Assembly (NCBI GenBank): GCA_002269645.1
Contig: NIVC01000464.1
Coordinates: 62,001-126,000, forward strand
Direction of reading: 5' to 3'
DNA: 64,000 nucleotides
DNA from: Macrostomum lignano
Lineage: Eukaryota
The stretch's first letter is position 1; each line of letters starts with the position of its first letter. The position numbers and the translations under genes are program-made. Below are positions 37,749 through 49,429 of this stretch, piece after piece. The notes beneath the pieces are model-generated. The model saw only the letters and a program-made list of their open reading frames with translations. It did no database searches and was not told the DNA's origin.

Positions 37749-39009
37749 CCTTTTGACCTGAGACTGCGAGTTTTAGCTGCCGGTCACTTGGCCTCAAACT
37801 ATTCCGCACTGTTTTAGCTGTCTTGAATTAAATAAACTGTTTTAAGTTTTAAATCGTTCATTAAATAAACACAAATCGCTCCCTCTGCGCTTGTTGGTCG
37901 ATATTCGCAACCGTCTGGATACGGACATTTAAGCAACTGTGCATTTATGCTGATTCAATTATCTATAAGGATAGTTATAGTTATTACGACAGGACTTGTT
38001 GGAGAAGATTTCAGAACCTAGCCGAAGTGTTCGAACTTCATCAAACGTCAAACGGATCAAACGTCATGTAACAAATATTCGTATCTTCTTATTATAAGGG
38101 CGCCGTTTCCGATCCAAGTATCCAGGTATTTCCAATACTACCAAATATACTCGGCAACAGTCAAAAGTTGCACCAGAAGAAATCACGCGTAGTTAATTGG
38201 AAAACTTTTAACTTCAAACTCACAGCAAATAAAATTTGAATAACAATACCTTTTGATTGTTGGGTGGAGCTTTTGACTATTTTGTATTGTTAAAATACAA
38301 ATATTTATGAATATCGATAGAGCAATAAGAAAGGCACAACATATCAAAAAGATGAACACTGAATCTGCCTCCTATCAAAAGCAATAACAATTTTTGTGCT
38401 GAAAAAATTAAAAACCTATCTCTGTAGTGTATTTTTCGGCGAAAAGTTGCCTTCGAAACATTTACCATTAGATTTCGAGTGCAGCGTCCTATATAGATTA
38501 CTTGAGTAGTCTTTGATTGAAGAATGAAGTGAGGGGCGGTGTGCGAGGGTTGGACAGATTAAGGCTACCCCGATCAGTTTTCTCGTATATTTTATTTCAG
38601 AACAGTCCAAGAGAAATTGCTTCACTGGCGCATAGAGTGGCGACTTTTCAATGTTGCTGATTACATTTTGCTGTCCCTTTGTTAAGTTAGTTTGATAGGT
38701 TATTTTTTAGAGCGCAAAAAATTGGACAAACTTGAAGGCATGGAAGACGTACGAAGAAAATATTGTAACTGGATAAAAAACCAGAAATATCTTGCTACTG
38801 ATCAAAAGATCCCCGGATTTCCATTGTGCGCTCTTGGCCGAGCAATTTGTTCTCTAATGTAGAAACTGGTTCTGCCTGCGTTTCTATGATTGCATAGAAG
38901 TCTATATATCTAATCCTGAAAATCTAGATCTAAATCTCTATTTCTGATTATAATGATAAAAGGTGCATCAATTTGCCTGCAAAGTTAGTCTAATAGTCTT
39001 CAGTTTCTT

Positions 39010-39690
39010 CCTCAAATTTTTACCATTGTTAGACAAATTTTGTCTAATTTGGGGATGCTTACTATCTGGGGGGTGCTTGCTATCCTCAAATTTTTACCAT
39101 TGTTAGACATTTTGTCTAATTTGGGGATGCTTACTATCTGGGGGGTGCTTGCTATCCTCAAATTTTTACCATTGTTAGACAAATTTTGTCTAATTTGGGG
39201 ATGCTTACTATCTGGGGGGTGCTTGCTATCCTCAAATTTTTACCATTGTTAGACATTTTGTCTAATTTGGGGATGCTTACTATCTGGGGGGTGCTTGCTA
39301 TCCTCAAATTTTTACCATTGTTAGACAAATTTTGTCTAATTTGGGGATGCTTACTATCTGGGGGGTGCTTGCTATCCTCAAATTTTTACCATTGTTAGAC
39401 ATTTTGTCTAATTTGGGGATGCTTACTATCTGGGGGGTGCTTGCTATCCTCAAATTTTTACCATTGTTAGACAAATTTTGTCTAATTTGGGGATGCTTAC
39501 TATCTGGGGGGTGCTTGCTATCCTCAAATTTTTACCATTGTTAGACATTTTGTCTAATTTGGGGATGCTTACTATCTGGGGGGTGCTTGCTATCCTCAAA
39601 TTTTTACCATTGTTAGACAAATTTTGTCTAATTTGGGGGTGCTTACTATCTGGGGGTGCTTGCTATCCTCAAATTTTTACCATTGTTAGA
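39010..39690. repeat. 146-bp higher-order repeat (alternating 74/72-bp units)
   Basis: Each unit has a ttagac(aa)attttgtctaa hairpin plus two copies of the 18-bp gatgcttgctatctgggg motif. Confidence 0.95.
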
Positions 39691-39819
39691 CAAATTTTCG
39701 CTATTTTCTGTTGTATGCACGTGTCTATTAGCTACAGCTGCAGTTGTACTTGTATGAATTGCATCTATTATATAGCTAATTAATATAATAAAATTAAAAA
39801 TTAAATTTATAATAATAAC

Positions 39820-40080
39820 CGCGGTGGGCATGAGCATCTGGTGGGATGAGAATCTGGTGGGATGAGCATCCGGTGGACATGAGCATCCGGTGGGATGAGC
39901 ATCTGGTGGACATGAGCATCTGGTGGACATGAGCATCCGGTGGACATGAGCATCCGGTGGGCATGAGCATCTGGTGGGATGAACATCCGGTGAACATGAG
40001 CATCCGGTGGACATGAGTATCTGGTGGACATGAGCATCCGGTGGGCATGAGTATCTGGCGGACATGAGCATCCGATGGGC
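39820..40080. repeat. 17-bp minisatellite (catgagcatccggtgga)n
   Basis: Tandem copies. Confidence 0.92.
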
Positions 40081-40482
40081 CAGCATCAAATTCACGACCT
40101 TCTTCATCAGGTATGACGTTTAGCAAACACGCTGACTTCTCACCCATAAATAACCAGGTGGATATAAAAGTTGCTCAATGACTATGCACCACATGACGCG
40201 TGGCCCTAAAACATATATTAGCTACGAGTATACTCGAGAATACTATTATCGCTAGCTAGCTTATTCCCAGACAGCGCTTCCAAAATGAGCCAACGTACAT
40301 ATGCATTCCTACGGGCTTAAGCAGCCTTTTCACGTAGATTTACTCCAGGTGCAAGAGAAAATGAAAGTTATCATCACACGCAGCTTGAGGCAGCTAGCAA
40401 TAACTATTATAAATTGGCTGTTTAGGCTGGTCATTTTCTGACCAATCAGCGCGCAGCAAGGCAGGTTGCTCTAACTACGTAA

Positions 40483-41751
40483 TCTCTCTCTCTTAATACT
40501 AAAGTTGGTGCGTTGTTTGTCTGTTTGTGTGATACATATCTCCTCCTAGACGACTTGCAAGTCAGCGTTGAAACTTATATGGGAACACTGCAAATTTTCC
40601 GAGGATGGCAGTGGGCTATTTCAATTTTTTATTTTCAAATTTTAAGATCCCTAAAAAAGCAGAAATCGTAGAACAATAGGGGAATATGCCCATCTTGCGT
40701 AATTTGCAATGATTGCGCCACAACAGCTGGCCTATCTGTGCAGTGTATTCTTTCAGCTGAAGGAGTGTAAGCTGGGCCGGTTGACATCAATTTTTAGCGA
40801 TTGCGCCACAACTGTGTGCACTGAGAACTTAACCAAACCCCTCTGTGTTGAGGGTGCTGGGGCGGCAGTGGAATTTAATGAATAAACTTGCAAGCCTTTT
40901 TAGCAGGCAGTGCACGCATGCGTACACTCGATAGTTCAATGCTTTAAATTGGGATATTTCAAACGCCAACTGTTCCTCGAGTTTTGAACTCTGAGAGAAG
41001 AGACTTATATTGCTGGAAAGATCTTTCAATGCAGACTTCGAGGATATAAGTTGTTTGCTTTAAATGTGAAAACAAAAAGCACAGCATTTAAAAAACGATT
41101 TCCATACTTTTAACTTTCTGCAGTGTACTCATTTTGGAGTTCAATGGGGGTTCGACCAACCCCCCAACAGTTGGTGGGAGGGGAGGGGCGGTTCAACTTT
41201 TAATTGCCACTGCGGAAGGGGGTCAGTCGCTGTGTATTGAAGGGTTGATTTAGTTTGCGCAATCTTTTTGTTAACTTTTACCGAGACTGATACTGACTGA
41301 CTGTGAAATCGGTTGCGCATTCAATGAATTTAATTGGTTCAATTTTTTATCGGCGCCTTTCAACACGCTGCTGCGTTGTAGCTCTAACCCTAACCCTAAC
41401 CCTAACCACTAAATCCTGAGTGTTGATTCTTTTTGACGGAGAAAATTTCGATTCAGTCCAGTTTTAAGGAGAGAATTTCTGTTTCGCGGAGACGATTTTG
41501 ATGGATTTCAGTTTCACGCAGAGGATTTCCATAAAGTCCAGTTTAACGGAGAGGATTTCTGTTTCTCGGAGAGGATTTTGATGAATGTCAGTTTCACGGA
41601 GAGGTTTTTGATGGAGTTATCTTTTACGGAGAGGATTTCGATGATGTTCAGTTTCGCGGAGAGGAGTTGGATGATGGGATTCAGGGAATGGCATTTCAGG
41701 GAATGGAGTTCCGGTGATGGGAATTCTTCCCCTTTCTCCTCCAGAGGAGGA
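40483..41751 (+). mobile_element. Helitron-like family A unit H1
   Basis: A|TC(tc)n-ttaatactaaagttgg-(TTTG)n 5' end, internal CCCTAA tract (41384-41407) and the terminal hairpin ctcctcc-aga-ggagga. Joins directly to H2. Confidence 0.72.
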
Positions 41752-43026
41752 TCTCTCTCTATCTATCTATCTTCTATCTATCTATCTCTCTCTTCTCTTA
41801 ATACTAAAGTTGGTGCGTTGTTTGTTTGTTTGTTTGTCTGTTTGTTTGTAGGATATCTCCTCCTAGACTACGTGCAACTCAGCGTTGAAACTTATATGGG
41901 AATACTGCAAATTTTCCGGAATCGGCTTTAGGCTGTTTTAATCTTTCATTTTTTTATTTTAAGATCCCTAAAAAAGCAGAAATCTGATTTCCTAACCTTC
42001 TCTGGACACTTTTTCTGCTCGGAGCTGAAAATTTGCCTAAATTTTGAGTGATTACGCCACAACTTTTTCCTATGTCGCCAGTGCATTTTCTCTCCTGTGG
42101 GGGAATGGGCGCGTTCTCATTGGCGGCGTGTGTACAATTGGACCCTGGCTCACTGGCTGACTTTATAGACAATTGCGCAACTATTTGTGTTCTGTTTTTT
42201 AACAGGAAGCCCTGTGTATTTTTTGCACAGTGAAATTCAGTGCATTTTAATGCATAAACTCGCGAGCATCTTTAGCAGGCAGTGAAGGTACACTCGATAT
42301 TTCAATGCTTAAAATCAGAAAGTTTCAAACACTAACTGTTGCTCGAGTTTTGAACTTAGAGAGGAGAGACTTATATTGCTGGAAAGATCTTGCTGCGATG
42401 AGTTCGGGGATATAAGTTTTTTGCTTTAAATATGAAAATTAAATTCACAGCATTCAAGAAAAGATTTTCATACTTTTAGCTTTCTGCAAAGATTGTGCTC
42501 ATTTTGGAGTTCAATGGGGGTTCGACCGACCCCCCAATAGTTGGTGGGGGGGGTTCAATTTCTAGCTGCACTGCGTATTGGAAGGGGGGTCGGTTGCTGT
42601 GTATTTGAGGGTTGATTTAGATTGCGCAATCTTTTTGTTAACTTTAACTGGGGCTGATACTGACTGCCTGAGAAATAAGTTGCGCAATTTAATTGGTTCA
42701 ATATTTTTACGGCGTCTTTCAACACGCAGCTGTGTGTAGCTCTAACCCTAACCCTAACCCTAACCAATGAATTCTGAGAGCTGGGCTGTTTGACGTAGAA
42801 ATTTCGATTTAGTCCAGTTTCACGGAGAGGATTTCTATTTCGCGGAGAATATTTCGATGGTGTTCAGTTTCACGGAGAGGATTTCGATAGTTTTCAGTTT
42901 CACGGAGACGATTTCTGTTGCGCGGAGAGGTGTTGGAAAATGGGATTCCGCTGATGGAGTTCAGGGAATGGAATTCCGCTGATTGGAGTTCTTCCCCTTT
43001 CTTCTCCGAAGGAGGAGTTGGCCTCG
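41752..43026 (+). mobile_element. Helitron-like family A unit H2
   Basis: Same 5' end and body, CCCTAA tract at 42742-42765, 3' hairpin plus ttggcCTCG. Confidence 0.72.
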
Positions 43027-45232
43027 TATATACTAAAGTTGGTGCGATGTTTGTGTGTTTGTTTGTCTGTTGCATAACTCCTCCTAGAATACTTGCAACT
43101 CAGCGTTGAAACTTATATTGGAAAACTGCAAATTTTCCGAGGATGGCTTTAGGCTATTTTAATCTTTCATTTTTACATTTTAAGATCCCTAAAAAAGCAG
43201 AAAACGGTGGTCTTGACCTTTGATAATCTTAATTGTACCCTCTTTCTGCTTGGAGCTGAAAATTTGCATGAATTTTGAGCGATTGCGCCACAACTGTCTC
43301 CTATCTCTACAGTGTATTTTCTCTCCAGTGGGGGGATGGTCGCGTTCTCAGTGGCTGCGTGTGTACAATCGGACCCTAGCTCACTGGCTGATTGTATAGA
43401 CAATTGCGCAACGATATGTGTTCTGATTTTCAATAGGCTGCCCTGTGTAGTTTTGGACAGTGAAATTCAATGAATAAACTTGCGAGCCTCCCACTGCTGC
43501 AGGCAGTGAACGTACACTCGATATTTCAATGCTTTAAATCAGAAAATTTCAAATGCTAACTGTTGCTCGATTTTTAACTTTGAGAGGAGAGACTTATATT
43601 GCTGGCAAGATCTTGCAACGCTGAGTTCGGGGATATAAGTTGTTTGCTTTAAATATGAAAAGAAAAAGCACAGCATTTGAAAAACTATTTCCATACTTTT
43701 AACTTTCTGCAAAGATTGTACTTTAATCTGCAAAGATTGTTGGGGGGAGGGTTCAACTTCTCACTGCTGCTGTGTATTGGAGGGTTGATTTAGATTGCGC
43801 AATGTTTTTGTTAACTTTACCTGAGGCTGATACTGACTGACTGTGAAATCGGTTGCGCAATGAATTGATTCAATTAGTTCAATATTTTTATCTGTGCCTT
43901 TTAACACGAAGCTGTGCGTAGTTCTAACCCTAACCCTAACCCTAACCCTAACCCTAACCCTAACCCTAATGAATCTGGCGAGTTGAGTTGTTTGACGGAA
44001 AAAATTCGATTAAGTCAAGTTTAGCGGAGACGATTTCAATGTTTAAATTCTGACGGAGAAGATTTCTGTTTCGTGGAGAGGATTTCGATGATGTTCAGTT
44101 TCACGAAAGGATTTCCATGGTGTTCAGTTTCACGGAGAGGATTTCGATCATGTTCAGCTTCACGGAGAGGCTTTCTGTTTCGCGGAGATAATTTATGATT
44201 GATTTCTGTTTTATAGAAACAATTTTGATGGATTTAAGTTTCAAGGAGAGGATTTCGAAGGAGTCCAGTTTCACTGAGAGGATTTCGATGGTTTTTAGTT
44301 GCACAGACAGGATTTTTGCTTCGCGGAGAGGATCTTGATGGATTTGGCATCTTCAATCAGTCAGAGAAGAGAGTAAAGAGAAGACTGAAAAGAGAAGAGA
44401 GAAGAGATGATAGAAAACAGAGTATAATTGAGTGGAGAGATTAGACATGACAGATTGGAGATGATAGGAGAGAGAATAGATGAGGGATAAGAGCGTACAG
44501 AGGCAATAGAAGAGAGGGGAGAGTAGAGGAGAAAGAAAGAGTGAGATGAGGAGATGAGGGATGAGAGAGCAGGGGAGAGAGGAGACAGGAGAGAGTACAG
44601 ACGAAAGACTAGGGAGAAGATATAAATAAGGTAGTAAAGATGAGAGGAGAGAGAGGAGAGAGAAGCGAAAGGAGAAGAGAGTGAGGAGAGAGGAGAGAGA
44701 TGAAAGGAGCAAGGAAAGGAGAAAAGAGAGAATGGAGAGAATAGAAAAGAGAGAAGAGAAGAGACAGGGGATAGTGAAAAGGAGGAAGAAAGATGGGAGA
44801 CAAGAAAGTAGTGTCAGAGCGTATATGAAATATGAGAAATGAGAGCAGAGAGAAGAGAAAAGAGAAGAGAGAGAGAGGGTTAAGAGAGACGATAGATAAG
44901 TGAGTAGAGATGACATATGAGAGAGGAGAGAAGAGGGAGAGATAAGAGTGAAGAGAGGAGACAGAAGACAGGAGAAGGTACAGACGAAAGACGAGGGAGA
45001 AGAGATAAATAAGGGAGCAGGGGTAGAGATGAGATGAGAGAGAGGAGAGAGGAGATATGAGAGACTTGAGAGTCTTTGAGCTATGGTCTTTGAAAGATTT
45101 TGTAAAGAATTTGGAGACGATTTGGAAGATAGGGTTAAAGACATGGAATTTCAGTTGATGGATATTTCAGGGAATAGAATTCCGGTGATGGGAGTTCTTC
45201 CCCTTTCTCCTCCGAAGGAGGAGTTCCACTCG
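43027..45232 (+). mobile_element. Helitron-like family A unit H3
   Basis: CCCTAA tract 43924-43969, GA-rich tract 44370-45070, hairpin 45207-45223 plus ttccaCTCG. Confidence 0.72.
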
Positions 45233-46971
45233 TTAATACTAAAACTGGTGCGTTGTTTGTCTGTGTGATACATATCTCCTCCTAGACGACTTGCAAGTCA
45301 GCGTCGAAACTTATATGGGAAAACTGCAAATATTCCGAGGATGGCAGTGGGCTATTTCAATTTTTTATTTTTACATTTTAAGATCCCGAAAAAAGCAAAA
45401 AACTGCAATCTTGACCTTTGATAATCTTATTTGTCCCCTCTTTCTGCTTGGAGCTAAAAATTTGCATGAATTTTGAGCGATTGCGCCATAACTTTCTCCT
45501 ATCTCTGCAGTGTATTTTCTCTCCAGTGGGGGTGCTCGCGTTCTCAGTGGCGGCGTGTGTACACTTGGACCTTGGCGCACGGGCTGACTGTATAGACAAT
45601 TGCGCAACGATACGTGCTCTGATTTTCAATTAGGCAGCCCGGTGTATTTTTTGCACACTGAAATTCAATGCATCAACATGCGAGCTTCTCTAGCAAGCAG
45701 TCGGGAAATCGGTAAATTTCAAACGCTAACTGTTCCTCGAGTTTTAAACTTTGAGAGGAGAAACTTATATTGCTGGAAAGATCTTGCAGCGCTGAGTTCG
45801 GGGATATAAGTTGTATGCTTTAAATATGAAAAGAAAAAGGAAGGGGGTCTGCCGCTGCGTATTGGAGGGTTGATTTAGACTGCGCAACCGTTTATTTAAC
45901 TTTAAATAAGACTGATACTGTCTGACTGAGAAATGGTTTGCGCAATTAATTGATTCAATTAATTCAACACGCAGCTCTGTGCAGCTCTAACCCTAACCCT
46001 AACCAATGAATTCTGAGAGTTAAGTTCTTTTTGACAGAGAAAATTTCGATTGAGTCCAGTTTCACGGAGTATTCTGATGGTTTTCGGTTTCACGGAGAGG
46101 ATTTCTTTTTCGTGGAGAGAATCTAGATGTATTTCTGTTTTACGGAGACGATTTTGATGGATGTCAGTTTCACTCAGAGGATTTCCATGGAGCCCAGTTT
46201 CAGGGAGAGGATTTCTGTTTGGCGGATTGGATTTCGAAAGGAGTCCAGTTTCGCGGAGAGGATTTCTGTTTCGCGGAGAGGATTTCTGTTTCGCGGAGAG
46301 GATTTCTGTTTCACGGAGGGATTTTGATGGATTTGGTATCTTCAGTCAGTCAGTAAAGAGAGTAAAGAGAAGAGTGAAAAGAGAAGAGAGAAGAGATTAT
46401 AGAAAAGAGAGTAGAGATGAGAGAGGACAGATTAGACATGACAGATGGGAGAGAAGAGGGGAGTAAGGCGGGAACGAAGAGGGAGAGAGAAGAAAAGAGG
46501 AGAGAGGAGATGAGAGGGAAGATATGAGATAGCAGAGGGAGACAGGAGAGATGAGAGAAGAGAGAAGAGAGGAGCTGAGAGTAGAGGAGAAAGAAATAGT
46601 GAGATGAGGCATGAGGGATGTGAGATGAGAGAGGAGAGAAGAGAGGAGAGAGGTGAAAACAGGGGATAAAGGAGACAGGAGAGAAAGACGAAAGATGAGG
46701 GAGAAGAGATAAATAAGGTGGTAGAGATAAGAGACGTGAGAGGAGAGAAAAGAGAAGAGAGGAGACAGAAGAATCTGAGTCTGGACAATGGCAGTCAGTT
46801 TTTGCGAACAGGGAAAACAAGATATGGTATTTGAAAGGCTTTACAGAGGATTTGGAGATGATTTGGAAGATGGGATTCAAGTCATGGAATTTCAGCTGAT
46901 GGATTTCAGGGAATGGAATTCCGGTGATGGGAGTTCTTCCCCTTTCTCCTCCAGAGGAGGAGTTGGCCTCG
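45233..46971 (+). mobile_element. Helitron-like family A unit H4
   Basis: CCCTAA tract 45987-46004, GA-rich tract 46350-46770, hairpin ctcctcc-aga-ggaggag plus ttggcCTCG. Confidence 0.72.
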
Positions 46972-49429
46972 TCCTAATACTAAAACTGACGCGATGTTTG
47001 TCTGTACGTTGTAAGTGAACTCCTACAATTCTGGCAAGTCAGCGTCGAAACTTAAATGGGAAAACTGCAAATTTTCCGGAGCAGGCTTTAGGCTATTTTA
47101 ATTTTTAATTTTAACATTTTAACATCCCTAAAAAAGCAGAAAACTGCTTTTTTAACCCCCAATAACCTTCTTTGGTCACTCTGCCTGGGGCTTCAGCCAG
47201 TTTGTAAAAATAGCCACCCCAACCTCCGCCCGCGGGCCGCTGTGTATTGAGGGGTGGTGGGTGCGCGTGTTCTGGGTTCAATGAAAATAACCCCCCCCGC
47301 GTGTTGGGGGTTGAGTTAAATTTAATGCTTCCCCAGAACGGGGGTTGGGCTTGGGCTGAGTGTACATAGCAGTTGTACAGTGTAAATAGATAGACTGTGT
47401 CGAGATTCATTTGGTTTTATTATTGGCGCCTTTTTTCTCCATAGGCAGCCCTGTGTATTAGTTTGGCAGTGAAATTCAATGAATAAACTTGCGAGCTTCT
47501 CTAGCAAGCAGTCGGGAAATCAGTAAATTTCAAACGCTAACTGTTCCTCGAGTTTTAAACTTTGAGAGGAGAGACTTATATTGCTGGAAAGATCTTGCAA
47601 CGCTGAGTTCGGGGATATAAGTTGTATGCTTTAAATATGAAAAGAAAAAGCACAGCATTAAAAAAAAACATTTCCATACTTTTAACTTTCTGCAAAAATT
47701 GTACTCAGTTTTGCGAGACGTAATAGATAAAGTTGGGCGTATTGGAAGGGGATCTGCCGCTGCGTATTGGAGGGTTGATTTAGATTGCGCAACCGTTTAT
47801 TTAACTTTAAATAAGACTGATACTGTCTGACTGAGAAATGGTTTGCGCAATTAATTGATTCAATTAATTCAACACGCAGCTCTGTGCAGCTCTAACCCTA
47901 ACCCTAACCAATGAATTCTGAGAGTTAAGTTCTTTTTGACAGAGAAAATTTCGATTGAGTCCAGTTTCACGGAGTATTCTGATGGTTTTCGGTTTCACGG
48001 AGAGGATTTCTTTTTCGTGGAGAGAATCTAGATGTATTTCTGTTTTACGGAGACGATTTTGATGGATGTCAGTTTCACTCAGAGGATTTCCATGGAGCCC
48101 AGTTTCAGGGAGAGGATTTCTGTTTGGCGGATTGGATTTCGAAAGGAGTCCAGTTTCGCGGAGAGGATTTCTGTTTCGCGGAGAGGATTTCTGTTTCGCG
48201 GAGAGGATTTCTGTTTCACGGAGGGATTTTGATGGATTTGGTATCTTCAGTCAGTCAGTAAAGAGAGTAAAGAGAAGAGTAAAAAGAGAAGAGAGATGAG
48301 ATGAGATGATAGAAAACAGAGTAGAAATGAGACGAGAGATTAGACATGACGGATGGGAGAGAAGAGGGAGTAAGGCGTGAACGAAGGAGAGAGAAGAGAA
48401 GAGGAGAGAGAAGATGAGAGGGGAGATATGAGATAGCAAAGGGATACAAGAGAGATAATAGGAGAGAGAATAGATGAGGGATAAGAGCGTACAGAGGAAA
48501 TATAGGAGAGGGGAGAGGAGAGGAGAAAGAAAGAGTGAGATGAGGGGATGAGGGATGAGAGAGGAGGGAAGACAGGAGAGAGAAGAGAGGAGAAAAGAGG
48601 GGAGAAAGGAGACAGGAGAGAGTAGAGACGAAAGACCAGGGAGAAGATATAAATAAGGTAGTAGAGATGAGAGGAGAGAGAGGAGAGAGAAGCGAAAGGA
48701 GAAGAGAGAGAGGAGAGAGATGAAAGATGAAAGATCAGAGATGAGAGAGTTAAGAGAGGAAAGTAGTGAGGAGAGGAGAGATGAGAGATGCGATGAGAAG
48801 AGATGCGTGAGAACATAAGAGAGAAGAGATTAGAAATTAGAGAAGAGAGGGGAGAAGATGAAAGGAGAAAGGAGAGGAGAAAAGAGAGAAGAGAAGAGAC
48901 AGGTGATAGTGGAAAGGAGGAAAGAAAGATGGGAGACAAGAAAGTAGAGTGTGAGAGCGTATATGAGATATGAGAAATGAGAGCACAGAGGAGAGAGAGG
49001 GTAAAGAGAGACGATAGATAAGTGAGTAGAGATGACATATGAGAGAGGAGAGAAGAGGGAGAAATAAGAGAGAAGAGAGGAGACAGGAGACAGAAGTGAA
49101 GAGGAGAGATATGAGAGAAGGGATGAGACAAGAGACAGGAGAGGGTACAAACGAAAGACGAGGGAGAAGAGATAAATAAGGGAGTAGGGGTAGAGATGAG
49201 ATGAGAGAGAGGAGAGAGAAGAGAGTCACGATAATAGCGAATAGAAGAGAGAGGAGATATGAGAGACGTGAGAGTCTTTGAGCTATGGTCTTTCAAAGAT
49301 TTTGTAAAGAATTTGGAGACGATTTGGAAGATGGGATTCAAGTGAAGTTTCAGCTGATGGATTTCAGGGAATGGAATTCCGGTGATGGGAGTTCTTCCCC
49401 TTTCTCCTCCGGAGGAGGAGTTCCACTCG
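46972..49429 (+). mobile_element. Helitron-like family A unit H5
   Basis: TCctaatactaaaac 5' end, CCCTAA tract 47892-47909, GA-rich tract 48260-49270, hairpin 49404-49420 plus ttccaCTCG. Confidence 0.72.
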
